A DNA stretch of 64,000 nt from Longimicrobiales bacterium. GTDB taxonomy: Bacteria; Gemmatimonadota; Gemmatimonadetes; Longimicrobiales; Gaopeijiaceae. Of the stretch, positions 10,050 to 21,035 are shown piece after piece (positions within the stretch are counted from its first letter, which is position 1; each line of letters starts with the position of its first letter). The notes beneath the pieces were generated by a model that saw only the letters and a program-made list of their open reading frames with translations, did not search any database and was not told where the DNA came from. The stretch is taken from positions 544,001 to 608,000 of the forward strand of contig CBDCNQ010000004.1 in NCBI GenBank assembly GCA_965219445.1. The letters are read 5' to 3'. The position numbers and the translations under genes were made by a program.

Positions 10050-11240
10050 TCAACGCCCTATCTCGAGTTCCGAGTCCAGTTCCACGGTGAGGTGATCCAT
10101 GACCAGCCATCCCCTTGGCGTCAGTCGCACGACATCTCCTTCCGCCTCCGCCAGAGCCCTCTCCTCCCAACGTGCCGCCCGATCTCTTGCGGAGGAGGGC
10201 AAATCCCGCAAAGCGATCCCCCGCCTCGTCCTCAGCCCCAACCAGATCCGCTCCAGCCGGACTTCACCCACGCCGAGCTTCTCCTCATCGGCCACCGGCG
10301 GTCCGAGGCCGTCCGTGCCGGCCCGGTAAGCATCCCAATCTCGAGTGTTCCATCTGCGGATCGGATGCCGGTAGCCATGCGCTCCGTTTCCCAACCCGAC
10401 GTACGGTTCTCCCGACCAGTAGACCGAGTTGTGCCGAGAGGCGCGTCCCGGCCGAGCGAAGTTGGACACCTCATAAGCCTCGTATCCGGCTTCCGCCAGC
10501 CGATCCACAGCCAGAAGGTACTCCTCCTCGTACCCTTCCTCGGAGGGAAGGGTCTCACGACCCTCGGCCACCGCGCGACCCAGGGGCGTGGCGGACTCGA
10601 CACTCAGGCCATACAGGCTCACATGATCGGGTTCGAGGGCAAGCGTGTCGTCCAGGTCGCGCTCCCACTCTCGCTCCAGATGACTGGGTAAGCCGAAGAT
10701 CAGATCGACACTCAGGTTGGTGAAGCCTGCCGCACGCGCGATCTGGACCGCCGCACGGGCTCCGTCGGCTTCATGCAACCGTCCCATCCACTTGAGTGAT
10801 GGCTCGTGAAAGCTCTGGATCCCAAGGCTGATCCGGTTGACGCCGGCGCGCCGCCATCCGGTCGCTACGTCCCGGGTAAAGCTCTCCGGATTCGCCTCGG
10901 CGGTCCACTCGAGGTCGTGGTGCTCAAGGCGCTCCTCTCCGATTACAGTCGAGAGTCCGTCCATCGCCAACGCGCCGAGTAGGGAGGGCGTCCCCCCGCC
11001 GACGTACAGCGTGTCGAGCGTGTTGTCCAATACGAACGCCCCCTCCCGCTCCAGGGCGCGGACCTCCGCTCTCAAGGCGTCCAGCCACGCGTCACAATCC
11101 GCCGACGAGACTTTCACGGCAAAATCACAGTAGAAGCACCGGCGGGTACAGAACGGAGCATGCACATAGACGGATCGGATGGGGCCGGGTTCCGGGGGAG
11201 GATCGAGGATCCGGACCGCATCCGGCACCGACGGTTTCAT
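10050..11240 (-). CDS. hemW: Radical SAM heme chaperone HemW
   Basis: YVHAPFCTRRCFYC, GGGTPS, YEVSNFA...HNSVYW; located upstream of hrcA. Confidence 0.9.
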   Translation of the reverse strand: MKPSVPDAVRILDPPPEPGPIRSVYVHAPFCTRRCFYCDFAVKVSSADCDAWLDALRAEVRALEREGAFVLDNTLDTLYVGGGTPSLLGALAMDGLSTVIGEERLEHHDLEWTAEANPESFTRDVATGWRRAGVNRISLGIQSFHEPSLKWMGRLHEADGARAAVQIARAAGFTNLSVDLIFGLPSHLEREWERDLDDTLALEPDHVSLYGLSVESATPLGRAVAEGRETLPSEEGYEEEYLLAVDRLAEAGYEAYEVSNFARPGRASRHNSVYWSGEPYVGLGNGAHGYRHPIRRWNTRDWDAYRAGTDGLGPPVADEEKLGVGEVRLERIWLGLRTRRGIALRDLPSSARDRAARWEERALAEAEGDVVRLTPRGWLVMDHLTVELDSELEIGR

Positions 11241-12387
11241 CAAGACGCCCGCCGAAACCGCATCCCGGATTCCTGCACCACGAGTCCTGAAACTTGGAGG
11301 ATCGTGAGCGCCGACAGGACGTGGGCGGACTGCAGATCCGCACCGGACGCGAGGTCATCGATCCCGAGTGACCGCTCGCTCAAGGCGAGCCAAACGCGAC
11401 GCGCCTCGTCATCGAGACCGGCCGGCACCGGGTCCTGGGCATCCTCCGACACGCCACAGGCCCGGAACTCCGACGATGATCCACACACCAAGCCGAGGTC
11501 CCGCCCGAACTCCTCGGGAGAGGTGATCACCTGTGCTCCCTGGCGGATCAACGTGTTGCATCCCCGACTCTGCGGAGCGTCGAGCGCACCCGGTACCGCA
11601 TACACGTCACGCCCCAGATCGAGGGCATGCTCTACCGTAATCAGGGCACCACTTTTCTCGGCCGCTTCGACGACCACGACCGCACCGCCCAATGCGGCCA
11701 AAATTCTATTCCTCCGAGGAAAGTGATGGGGCCGAGCCGGTTCTCCGGGTAGGAATTCCGAAAGGAGCAGCCCCTCGTGGACGATGCGCTCGCCGAGTCG
11801 ACGATGGGAGGCCGGCTGGATCAAGTCGACACCAGAGCCGAGAGCACCGCGATCGTGTCCCCACCCGCCTCGAGGGCACCACGGTGTGAAGCCCCGTCTA
11901 TGCCGAGTGCCAATCCACTCACAACGGTGATCCCTCGAATCGCCATCTGAGCCGCCAGAGCCTCTGCGCTTCGGCGTCCGTACACCGTAGAACGGCGAGA
12001 ACCGACGATGGTCACCGAGGGTCTCCCGAGCAACTCCAGACGCCCCCGCGCGAACAAAACAGGCGGCGGGTCGACGAGATGGCCCAGCTTCTCGGGGTAC
12101 CCTTCATCCGACCACAGCAGGATCTCGATTGCGCGCGCGCGACATCGGTCCAAGGCATCGCACACCTTACGGTCGAGATCGGGGGATGCGAGCGCCTCGC
12201 TGCACCTCGTTCCCGCTGCCGAGTCGAGGTCCCCCGGCCGGACATCCAGCGCTTGCCTGCCGGAGCCGAACCGCGTGAGGATCCGCCAAAGCGCCCGCGT
12301 GCCTACGCCAGGTACGCAGCCGAGCCGCAGGACCGACTCGATTTCGCTAACTCGCGGCGATGAACTCACGTTCAGGGAGTTCCCCAA
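11240..12387 (-). pseudogene. dprA: DNA-processing protein DprA, frameshifted near 11840-11844
   Basis: Upstream ORF has IVGSR...VSGLALGID; downstream ORF has FPRRNRILA...SGALIT; removing an extra TC restores AVLGSGVDLIQP. Confidence 0.85.
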
Positions 12388-13400
12388 TCCTCATCTCCCG
12401 CGCCAGCGGCTCCTTTTTCGATGACGTCTCGAACCGCCGCCCACAGCCCCCCCAGGAGGGCCGGGAGACCCGTCTGGGCCACGGAGGACACGGTGTAGAC
12501 CCCCCATGCCTCCCGAGCGTCCAACGTCGGAGGATTGTCTCCTGGCGCGAGGAGGTCGGCCTTGGTCAACACGACGCAGTGCGGCCTCGCCCCCAGTTCC
12601 TCTGAATAGGAGGAGAGCTCTTCCCGTAGCTCCCGATAGATCTGGCCGGGGTCTGGCACGTCGACCGGAATCATCAAGGCCAACGTGCGAGTCCGCTCGA
12701 TATGGCGGAGGAACTGAAGGCCTAGCCCCTTTCCCTCGTGGGCGCCCTCAACGATGCCCGGGATGTCCGCCACCGCGAAGCTGCGGAAATCGGGCAGCTC
12801 CACGATCCCCAGGTTCGGGGCCAGTGTCGTGAACGGGTATTCCGCCACCTTCGGTCGCGCCTTAGACACGGCCGCCAGAAACGTCGACTTACCCGCGTTG
12901 GGCTCCCCAACGAGCCCGACGTCGGCGATCAGCTTGAGCTCGACTTCCACGCGCCGTTCTTTGCCGGGCCGGCCCGGTTCCCACCTTGTCGGCGTCTGAT
13001 TCGTGGGCGACGTGAAGTGCACGTTTCCCCTTCCCCCCCGCCCCCCCCGGGCGACCACAATCCGGTCACCCGGCCCGAGCAATTCTCCGAGAACGACCTC
13101 CGTATCGGCGTCCTTGACTACGGTACCCGGCGGGACCAGAACGATCAGATCGTCCCCGCTCTTGCCGGTCTTGTTCTTCCCCGAGCCATGAAGGCCGCGC
13201 TCCGCGCGGTGATGCTGCCGGTAGCGGAGGTCCAGAAGGGTCGAGAGTTGCGCGTCGGCCACCATGACCACACTTCCACCGTTTCCGCCGTCCCCCCCGG
13301 CGGGTCCGCCGCGCGGCACGCCCTTCTCCCTCCGATACGCTTCAGAGCCCGCTCCCCCTGCCCCTCCGTACACATTGATGACCACACGATCGACGAACAT
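12372..13400 (-). CDS. obgE: GTPase Obg/CgtA
   Basis: Gly-rich Obg fold, GEPNAGKS, YPFTT, DIPG, TKAD. Confidence 0.97.
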   Translation of the reverse strand: MFVDRVVINVYGGAGGAGSEAYRREKGVPRGGPAGGDGGNGGSVVMVADAQLSTLLDLRYRQHHRAERGLHGSGKNKTGKSGDDLIVLVPPGTVVKDADTEVVLGELLGPGDRIVVARGGRGGRGNVHFTSPTNQTPTRWEPGRPGKERRVEVELKLIADVGLVGEPNAGKSTFLAAVSKARPKVAEYPFTTLAPNLGIVELPDFRSFAVADIPGIVEGAHEGKGLGLQFLRHIERTRTLALMIPVDVPDPGQIYRELREELSSYSEELGARPHCVVLTKADLLAPGDNPPTLDAREAWGVYTVSSVAQTGLPALLGGLWAAVRDVIEKGAAGAGDEDWGTP

Positions 13401-14002
13401 CAGCCGGCGTATCTCGCCTTGACTTTCTCCCAAAGCACCGCTGCGGCTCTGCTGCCCTCGTCATCGAGAAACCGCTCGGCCTCGGCCAACGCCGTCTCCA
13501 CGTCCGCAGGAAGGGCACCAACGTTCAACGCGCCACGAAGGTGGGAGTAAAGCTGCTTCGACGCACCCGTTACGGCGAGCGTGGCCACGATGCACAACTC
13601 TCGCATCACGAGCGCCAGGCCGGGCCTGCCCAGGACCTTCCCGTATCCCTCCACCACCATCCACTGGTCCAAATCGGGGTGAAGCGCCCGCACACCTTCT
13701 CTGAGTCGCTCATATTGATCCGAGTACACTGCCCCACATGCCTCACGACCGCGCTCCTCCCACACAGGGTAGTCGAGCGCGGTCGGTTCGGAGGGATCAC
13801 GACCCGTCAAATGGCGCCAAGCCTCCATACCGCTGAGTGATACGGGGAAACCGAGGAAGAGATACGACTGAAGGAGCACTTCCTCCACCTCCGAGTCCTC
13901 CCCGACTTCGAGGGCGTGGGAGAGGGCGTCGACCACGGCCACCTCATCAGCCGACGCCAGAGCCCCGCTGATCCGGATCAAGGCACGGTCACCGTCCGTC
14001 AT
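13400..14002 (-). CDS. Carboxymuconolactone decarboxylase/AhpD-like protein
   Basis: YGKVLGRPGL...RELCIVA...HLRGALNVG. Confidence 0.85.
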   Translation of the reverse strand: MTDGDRALIRISGALASADEVAVVDALSHALEVGEDSEVEEVLLQSYLFLGFPVSLSGMEAWRHLTGRDPSEPTALDYPVWEERGREACGAVYSDQYERLREGVRALHPDLDQWMVVEGYGKVLGRPGLALVMRELCIVATLAVTGASKQLYSHLRGALNVGALPADVETALAEAERFLDDEGSRAAAVLWEKVKARYAG

Positions 14003-14087
14003 CCGTGCCCCTCCAGTCTCATGGCCGGACCTCTCGGACGTCAGTGAACATTATCGGATGTACCGGGCAGCCGAAGGGTGGGTTGGG

Positions 14088-15788
14088 TCAGTTCAGGCCC
14101 GAGGCGCTGGAAGCGGACGCACCCACACGCGTCGCAGTCTGGAGCGATCCCGCGGCGTCTGCCAAACCGAAAAGGGCCTCTGGCGAATCCGCCTGCTTCA
14201 AGATTTCGATCGCATCGTTGAGCTGTCTGTCGTTCCCTCGAGTATGGAGGAACGCACGCTCTTCATCCCACGCCTGGAGGGCGATCTGGCGCTCGAGCTG
14301 GTACGTCACGAAGCGCATGGCCGTCACGAAGTCGGATTCGTCCAGCTCCACCTCGTGCTCATCGACAAGAGTCCGATAGAAACGATCCAGATCCGCCGTA
14401 GGAATAGTGAACCCGGATTCGAGATCCGGGTGATCCTGTACGTAAGTGACGGCGTGGTTGAACACAGCAGTGGCGAATACACCCGCCGCACGGAAGAGGC
14501 GCTGGACCGCCGCCTGTTCAACTGACGAGAGAGTATCCGGCAGTACTACGAGATCGGGCGTGATGCCACCCCCGGCATAGAGCGTGCGCCCGCCCAAAGA
14601 CTCCACGGTCGGCCGGTCATCGGGAGCCTCCTTGAGGACCCGCTCCCCACCCAGGCCCAACGCCGAAAGCTGGCCCGGGCCGTCCTCCACCGCCTCATCC
14701 TGCACGATCTGAATCGACCGCCCCACCGGAGTATACCAGCGCGCAGTCGTGAGCCTGAGGATATTCCCACCGCTGAGTCGGTACAGAGTCTGTACGGAAC
14801 CCTTTCCATAGGTCCGGTTCCCGACCACGAGGGCGCGGTCGTGGTCCTGGAGCGCGCCGGCAACGATCTCGGAAGCACTCGCGCTGTTTTCGTTCACTAG
14901 AACGACCAACGGAAGCCCAGGAGCCATCTCCGGGCTCACCGCGCCGAAGTTCTGATTCTGCCCCGAGGCTCGCCCACGGGTCTCCAGGATCGGGGCCCCG
15001 TCTGCGAGGAACAGGTCCGCCACCCCCACCCCCTCCTCGAGCAGTCCCCCGGGATTGTTCCGTAGATCCAATATCAGGGATGTCAGACCCTCTTCTTGGA
15101 GGCGCTCGATCGCACCGCGCACCTCGCTCCCGGACGTCTCACTGAAAACCCGGAGCGGGATGTACCCGACACCCTCGTCCACCATCGTGGCGAACCGAAC
15201 GGAAAGAAGCTCGATCCGCGCACGGGTCAAGGTGAACGGAATGGGCTCATCCACTCCCGGCCGATCGATCAGCAGATCTACGTCGGTCCCGGGAGTCCCC
15301 CTCAGCAGATTCGCTGCCTGGTCGGTCTCCCAATCCGCGGCCGACATACCCTCCACCTCTATGACCCGGTCACCGGCTCGTATCCCGGCCCGCCCCGCCG
15401 GCCCCCCGGGGATCGGCGCGATGACAGTCACCCACCCATCCCGATTCAGGATCTCGAGACCCACGCCTCCGTAGTCTGCGTCCGCCCCGCTCCGGAACCG
15501 GAATCCATCCCACGTTTCAGCGTCGATAAAGGATGTGTGGGGGTCATTCAACTCTCCAAGAACGCCCTCGATGGCGGACCCGATGAGCCCCGAACGGTCC
15601 ACCGGATCGACGTACTGCTCCGTGACGTGATCCAGAACTTCCTGGAATAGCCTCGCTTGGAGATATACGTTGGCCTCCTGCTCGACCCCTCGCTGGAGAA
15701 ACCAACCGCCGGTAATGAGGGCGACGACAAGCACGATCGGCGGTCCCCAAGCCAATCGTGTACCCCTCATATCATCGTTTTCGGACAT
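14088..15788 (-). CDS. ctpA: C-terminal processing protease (S41A) with PDZ domain
   Basis: DLRNNPGG, SASASEI, GKGSVQ; N-terminal TM segment. Confidence 0.92.
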   Translation of the reverse strand: MSENDDMRGTRLAWGPPIVLVVALITGGWFLQRGVEQEANVYLQARLFQEVLDHVTEQYVDPVDRSGLIGSAIEGVLGELNDPHTSFIDAETWDGFRFRSGADADYGGVGLEILNRDGWVTVIAPIPGGPAGRAGIRAGDRVIEVEGMSAADWETDQAANLLRGTPGTDVDLLIDRPGVDEPIPFTLTRARIELLSVRFATMVDEGVGYIPLRVFSETSGSEVRGAIERLQEEGLTSLILDLRNNPGGLLEEGVGVADLFLADGAPILETRGRASGQNQNFGAVSPEMAPGLPLVVLVNENSASASEIVAGALQDHDRALVVGNRTYGKGSVQTLYRLSGGNILRLTTARWYTPVGRSIQIVQDEAVEDGPGQLSALGLGGERVLKEAPDDRPTVESLGGRTLYAGGGITPDLVVLPDTLSSVEQAAVQRLFRAAGVFATAVFNHAVTYVQDHPDLESGFTIPTADLDRFYRTLVDEHEVELDESDFVTAMRFVTYQLERQIALQAWDEERAFLHTRGNDRQLNDAIEILKQADSPEALFGLADAAGSLQTATRVGASASSASGLN

Positions 15789-15842
15789 CGCTCAAATCCG
15801 TCTCGTCGTCCGCCCATCCATTCCGCGCACCTATCAAGAGAA

Positions 15843-16514
15843 CTAATCCCGACAGATGACGAAAGTTTCCGGCAAATCTCGGCGCAAAACCTCACGCACT
15901 CTCACGTGGACTTCGAGCGGCGTTCCGAGAGCGTCCACCAGCCGGACGGTCTCGTCTGTAGCCGCCAGTTCACGATAGCCCCTCCCGACCGCTTCCAGAA
16001 ACCCTTCACCGGAACTCTCCAAGCGATCCTCTCTCTTTCCCGCAGCCCTCTGCCGAGCTCTGCCCTCCGATACCGGTAAGTCGAGCACGACATAGACGTC
16101 GGGAACCAATCCGCCGGAGGCAAATCGATCCATCTGGCGAATTTCGTCGAGGTTGAGTCCCCGACCATATCCTTGATAAGCGTAAGTCGACAACGAAAAA
16201 CGGTCGCCGATCAAGAGTTCGCCCCGTTCGAGGACAGGGAGCGCCAACTCCTTCACAAACGCCGTGCGAGCGGCCAGATAAAGCAAGAGCTCAGTCTCGG
16301 GAGGAATCGATAGCTCAGGTCTGCCCTGCACCACGCTCCGGATCGCCTCTCCCACCTCGGTGCCGCCAGGCTCTCGAGTCAGCGTGAACGGGATTCCGCA
16401 GGATTCCAGCCATTCGCCCAACATTCGAGCTTGCGTGCTCTTGCCCGCCCCTTCGACCCCCTCCAGCACCACGAACCGTCCCCGGTTCGACTCCCCATCC
16501 GGTCGCTCCGTCAT
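15843..16514 (-). CDS. tmk: Thymidylate kinase
   Basis: EGVEGAGKSTQ, TREPGG, DRF..ST.AYQG. Confidence 0.96.
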   Translation of the reverse strand: MTERPDGESNRGRFVVLEGVEGAGKSTQARMLGEWLESCGIPFTLTREPGGTEVGEAIRSVVQGRPELSIPPETELLLYLAARTAFVKELALPVLERGELLIGDRFSLSTYAYQGYGRGLNLDEIRQMDRFASGGLVPDVYVVLDLPVSEGRARQRAAGKREDRLESSGEGFLEAVGRGYRELAATDETVRLVDALGTPLEVHVRVREVLRRDLPETFVICRD

Positions 16515-16518
16515 TCCC

Positions 16519-17856
16519 CTACTCGTAATACTCGCGGCCCAAATGCGTGATCTGCTCCTCTCCGGCGAGCCAGCGGAGCGTGTTCTTCAGCTTCCAGTTC
16601 TGAATGAAAAGATCATGCTCCGGATAGAGACCCGGGGCGCACTGTGGGCTCTTGAAGTAGAACGAAAGCCACTCTTGGATTCCCCCCAACCCGGCGCGGC
16701 CCGCAAGGTCCAGGAACAAAGCCAAATCGAGAACGAGCGGGGCGGCAAGGATCGAGTCCTTGCACAAGAAATCGACCTTGATCTGCATGTGGTATCCCAG
16801 CCACCCGAAGATGTCGATGTTGTCCCAACCCTCCTTGTCGTCTCCGCGCGGCGGGTAGTAGTTGATCCGGACTTTGTGATAGATGTCCCCATACAGCTCC
16901 GGGTACAGGTCCGGTTGAAGAACGTGATCGATCACGCCCAGCTTCGACTCTTCCTTGGTCTTGAAGCTCGCGGGATCATCCAGCACGGCCCCGTCCCGGT
17001 TGCCAAGGATATTCGTGCTGAACCAGCCCCTGACACCCAACATGCGAGCCTTGAACCCAGGGGCCAAGATGGTCTTCATGAGCGTCTGGCCGGTCTTGAA
17101 GTCCTTCCCGGCGATGGGCAGGTCATTCTCCTTCGCGTACTGTTCGAACGCTGGGAAGTCAGCGGAAAGATTGGGGGCTCCGTTTGCATAGGGTACGCCC
17201 TCCATCAATGCGGCATAGGCATACAACATGCTCGGCGCGATCGAAGGATCATTCTGCTCCATCGCGTTCTCGAAGGACTCCATGGTCTCATGGGTCGGCC
17301 CCGCCCGGAGGAAGATCTCCGTCGAACCGCACCAAACCATGACCAGGCGGTCGCAGCCGTTCTCCGCCTTGAAATTTCGGATATCCTCGCGGAGCGCCTC
17401 CGCGATTTCACGTTTGTTCGCCCCGGTCTTCTTGTTCGGACCGTCCAGACGGGTCACGTATTCAGTGTCGAACGCGGCCGGCATGGGGACGATAGCGGAC
17501 AGCTCGTCTTTGATCGGATCGAGGTGTTCCGCGGACAGCACACCGGCGTTCACGGCGCTCTCGTACGCGTTGTCCGGGATCGGGTCCCAGCCGCCGAATA
17601 CGATATCGTCCAACCCCGCCAATCCGATGAAATCCTTGATGAGAGGCGTCCGGTTCTCGGTACGCAGGCCCAGACGAATCGTGTTCATCTGAGTGAGACT
17701 CCCGATGGGCGTCGCCAACCTCTTCCGTGTGAGGAGGACCCCCGCGATGGTCGTCGTGGCTACGGCACCCATGCCGGGAAGCAGCACACCGAGTCGCCCG
17801 TCCGCCGGGCGAATCTCAGGACCTTCTTTCACAGTTGTATCTCCTTGGTCGATCAT
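16519..17856 (-). CDS. ino1: myo-inositol-3-phosphate synthase
   Basis: GKDFKTGQT, NILGNRDG, YYPPRGDDKE, DSILAAP, SFYFKSP. Confidence 0.93.
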   Translation of the reverse strand: MIDQGDTTVKEGPEIRPADGRLGVLLPGMGAVATTTIAGVLLTRKRLATPIGSLTQMNTIRLGLRTENRTPLIKDFIGLAGLDDIVFGGWDPIPDNAYESAVNAGVLSAEHLDPIKDELSAIVPMPAAFDTEYVTRLDGPNKKTGANKREIAEALREDIRNFKAENGCDRLVMVWCGSTEIFLRAGPTHETMESFENAMEQNDPSIAPSMLYAYAALMEGVPYANGAPNLSADFPAFEQYAKENDLPIAGKDFKTGQTLMKTILAPGFKARMLGVRGWFSTNILGNRDGAVLDDPASFKTKEESKLGVIDHVLQPDLYPELYGDIYHKVRINYYPPRGDDKEGWDNIDIFGWLGYHMQIKVDFLCKDSILAAPLVLDLALFLDLAGRAGLGGIQEWLSFYFKSPQCAPGLYPEHDLFIQNWKLKNTLRWLAGEEQITHLGREYYE

Positions 17857-17881
17857 TCAGTTGATGCCGGAGTTCTTCCGT

Positions 17882-18514
17882 TTACTCGTCGAGCGGTACA
17901 CCGGCAGCTTGCTGATGCACCCAAAGAATTCGGTGAATGGCGGTCGTATTGGTGAGAACGGCAAAAATCACGATGATGGCGCTGAGCACAAGGCCATCCC
18001 AGCTGAGGCCGAAGATCAGCGACCCCACACCCAGAAGGACAATCCGCTCCGCTCTTTGCATGAGGCCGACGGAGCAGTCCAGTCCGAGCGTTTCCGCCCT
18101 CGCGCGGGAATAGCTGATCATGAGAGAACCCGCCATCGCCAGAGCGATCATGTAAATCATACCGATGTTCAGAAGAGACATCTCGTACTGGTTGTAGAGC
18201 GAGATGAGACCGATATAGATCGTGACCTCGCTGATCCGGTCGAGCACGGAATCATAGAAGGCGCCAAACTTGGACTGAAGACCACTGAGTCGGGCCACTC
18301 GACCGTCGAAGATATCGTGGGCTCCACCCAGTAGAACAAGAAATCCCGCAGTGCGAACGTGGTCGATACCATACATGAGGCCAGCCAGGATGGTAACGGC
18401 GAAGCCACTCGTGGTAATGAGATTCGGATGTACCCCTCGCCGTACTAGCCAATGGGTGATTGGGTCGATGGTCGGGTATACCCGATCCCGAAGATCATTC
18501 AGATTCCAGCTCAT
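17882..18514 (-). CDS. CDP-alcohol phosphatidyltransferase (probable phosphatidylinositol-phosphate synthase)
   Basis: DIFDGRVAR...GAFYDSVLD motif, SYSRARAE, R.ER; adjacent to ino1. Confidence 0.85.
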   Translation of the reverse strand: MSWNLNDLRDRVYPTIDPITHWLVRRGVHPNLITTSGFAVTILAGLMYGIDHVRTAGFLVLLGGAHDIFDGRVARLSGLQSKFGAFYDSVLDRISEVTIYIGLISLYNQYEMSLLNIGMIYMIALAMAGSLMISYSRARAETLGLDCSVGLMQRAERIVLLGVGSLIFGLSWDGLVLSAIIVIFAVLTNTTAIHRILWVHQQAAGVPLDE

Positions 18515-18540
18515 ACGTTATGCGTCACCCTATCACTTCC

Positions 18541-18903
18541 TCACGGCATGATGATCCGGCTCTCGGCGCCCTCGGTGATCCCCTCCTGGATCGTTTGGTT
18601 CACCTTGAGCAGAACCTTGTCGAAGTTCGCCTGTGCCGAAACGAGGCCTTGGTATGAGGCGTTGGCCTGCAGGCGCCCAACGGCTTCTTCATAGCCGGAC
18701 TTCAACCCTTCGTTGGGCTCGTTCCCTCCACGCAGCGCGGCTTCTATCTGGCCCTCGAGACCCTCCAACTCCGTCCGTAACTCCGCCAACTCGCGGTCAT
18801 CGGTTGTACCCGAGACCGTCTGTTTGAGCGCCTGGTATTCCTCCGTCTGGGCCAGAGCCTTGCCCAGATCCTTGGCCATTTCCGTCACTCGTGTCATCGA
18901 CAT
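18541..18903 (-). CDS. YlbF/YmcA-like helical protein
   Basis: AKDLGKALAQTEEYQ...KVNQTIQEGI pattern, 120 aa. Confidence 0.7.
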   Translation of the reverse strand: MSMTRVTEMAKDLGKALAQTEEYQALKQTVSGTTDDRELAELRTELEGLEGQIEAALRGGNEPNEGLKSGYEEAVGRLQANASYQGLVSAQANFDKVLLKVNQTIQEGITEGAESRIIMP

Positions 18904-18952
18904 TCCTGTGGCTTAATGATGATTGCGTGCCCTTTCCGATCCATTGGCTTAC

Positions 18953-19885
18953 TCACACCCCTAGCTCCGCCATCACGAACCGGGGGCGCCCCGTCAGGTC
19001 GGGCCGGATGCGGACGGCGGCGAAGGCCCCGGTCGCGTTCAGGTCGATCACGATATCCCCCGCTTGCCCGAGGCCACACTCAAACGCCAACAAGCCGCCC
19101 GCCACCAAGTGTTTCGGTGCCCCCGTGACCAGCTCCCGGATCACGTCCAATCCGTCCTCCCCGGCGAATAAGGCCTCCGGAGGCTCCCAATCGCGAACCT
19201 CGGGCTGGAGTCCCCCCCTTTCGCTCTCTGCTATATACGGCGGATTCGACACGATGATGTCGAATCGTTCCCGCTGCTCCAGCGGCTCGAACAGCGGGCC
19301 CTTCCGGAACTCGACGAGCCCGCTCAGGTCGTAGCGTTCCGCATTATAGGCCGCCACGGAAAGGGCTTCGGGCGAGACGTCTGTAGCGACGACCCCGGTG
19401 CATGCTCCCTCCGCGGCAAGCGACAGCGCCACGGCCCCCGTGCCGGTCCCAACGTCACACACGCGTCCGACGCCTCTTGTCCCGGCCTCGGCCCAATCCA
19501 AGACCTCCTGGACAAGCACTTCCGTCTCGGGACGGGGGATCAGTACCCGGGGATCCGTCTTCAACTCGAGTTGGCGAAATCCGGTTCGGCCAATGATGTA
19601 CTGTAGCGGCTCGCGGCCGGCGCGGCGACGAAGAAGCGGCTTGAAGGCGTCCCGCTCGTCGGGGCTCAACGGACGATCGTACTGAAGGTAGAGCTGGAGT
19701 CGGTTGACACCCAGCGCGGCCGAGAGCAGCCATTCCGCGTCCAGGCGACCGGTCTCCACTCCCTTATCCGTCAGGTACTCCGCGCTCCAAAGGATCATCC
19801 GGAGGATCGTCCATGAATCCTCCCCCTGCGACACCCCGGCCTCCGAATCCCTATCCAACTCAGCTAACCTTTCGGAGCCGCTCAT
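18953..19885 (-). CDS. prmC: Release factor glutamine methyltransferase
   Basis: [27 protein letters not shown]. Confidence 0.96.
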   Translation of the reverse strand: MSGSERLAELDRDSEAGVSQGEDSWTILRMILWSAEYLTDKGVETGRLDAEWLLSAALGVNRLQLYLQYDRPLSPDERDAFKPLLRRRAGREPLQYIIGRTGFRQLELKTDPRVLIPRPETEVLVQEVLDWAEAGTRGVGRVCDVGTGTGAVALSLAAEGACTGVVATDVSPEALSVAAYNAERYDLSGLVEFRKGPLFEPLEQRERFDIIVSNPPYIAESERGGLQPEVRDWEPPEALFAGEDGLDVIRELVTGAPKHLVAGGLLAFECGLGQAGDIVIDLNATGAFAAVRIRPDLTGRPRFVMAELGV

Positions 19886-20982
19886 TCCGTGTCGCCCTGG
19901 AGCCGTTCCTCCTGATCCGCCAACCGAAGCGCCTCAATCATGGCGTTCAGGTCTCCGTCCAATACCTGGTCGAGCGTATGAACCGTCAGCTTGATCCGGT
20001 GGTCGGTGACCCGGCTCTGTGGGAAGTTGTAGGTCCGGATCTTGGCTGAGCGGTCGCCGGTTCCGACCTGTGCCCTCCGTTCACGGGAACGCTCCGCTTC
20101 TTGCTCCGCGATCCTTTGATCCAACAGGCGGCTTCTCAGTACCTTGAGGCCCTTGGCCTTGTTCTTGTGCTGAGACTTCTCATCCTGGCAGGACACGACG
20201 AGCCCCGTCGGAACATGGGTGATGCGCACGGCGGAATCGGTGGTGTTCACGGACTGACCACCCGGACCGGAGGAGCGGAACACATCGATACGGAGATCCT
20301 TAGGATCGATCGCGAGATCCACTTCGTCGGCCTCGGGCAGGACCGCCACCGTCGCCGCTGAGGTATGGATCCTGCCCTGGCTCTCCGTCTCCGGTACACG
20401 CTGGACGCGATGGACCCCCGACTCGTAGCGGAGCCGTCCGTACACGCCTTTACCCCGCACCGTGAAGATGACCTCCCTGATGGACCCTGGAATCCCCTCG
20501 GAGAGGCTCATCAGCTCGATCGTCCAGCCCTCTCGCTCGGCGACTCGCTTGTACATGCGAAAAAGATCCTTCGCGAACATCCCGGCTTCGTCCCCGCCTG
20601 TTCCCGCCCGGATCTCGACAACAGCGTCGCGATTGTCTAAAGGATCCTTGGGGGTGAGGAGGAGACGAGCCGTGGCTCCCAGCGACTCGATGCGAGATTC
20701 CAGAGAAGCGACCTCCTCCCCGGCCATGTCGCGAAACTCCTGGTCCGCGGCCTCCTTCAGCACCTCCACCGCACCCGCGTACTCTTCCAAGAGGCCGAGG
20801 AGTTCGTCGGCTACGCGGACCACAGGCTCGAGCTGGGCGCGTTCCTGCCCAAAGACTCTGAGGCGATCCAGATCCTGAATGACGTCGGGGCTGGCCAGCG
20901 ACTCATTCACGCTCTGGTAACGCTGCTGAGCTTCGCGGAGGCGTTCGAGGAGCCGTGGATCGGCTCCTCCGGGGCTATTCAT
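19882..20982 (-). CDS. prfA: Peptide chain release factor 1
   Basis: GGQ, PET motif, RTYNFPQ. Confidence 0.97.
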   Translation of the reverse strand: MNSPGGADPRLLERLREAQQRYQSVNESLASPDVIQDLDRLRVFGQERAQLEPVVRVADELLGLLEEYAGAVEVLKEAADQEFRDMAGEEVASLESRIESLGATARLLLTPKDPLDNRDAVVEIRAGTGGDEAGMFAKDLFRMYKRVAEREGWTIELMSLSEGIPGSIREVIFTVRGKGVYGRLRYESGVHRVQRVPETESQGRIHTSAATVAVLPEADEVDLAIDPKDLRIDVFRSSGPGGQSVNTTDSAVRITHVPTGLVVSCQDEKSQHKNKAKGLKVLRSRLLDQRIAEQEAERSRERRAQVGTGDRSAKIRTYNFPQSRVTDHRIKLTVHTLDQVLDGDLNAMIEALRLADQEERLQGDTE

Positions 20983-21035
20983 AGGGGAATCGGGCCTCAG
21001 CCCAACCTAGTGTGTCGCGAACTTCGGGGGCACCA

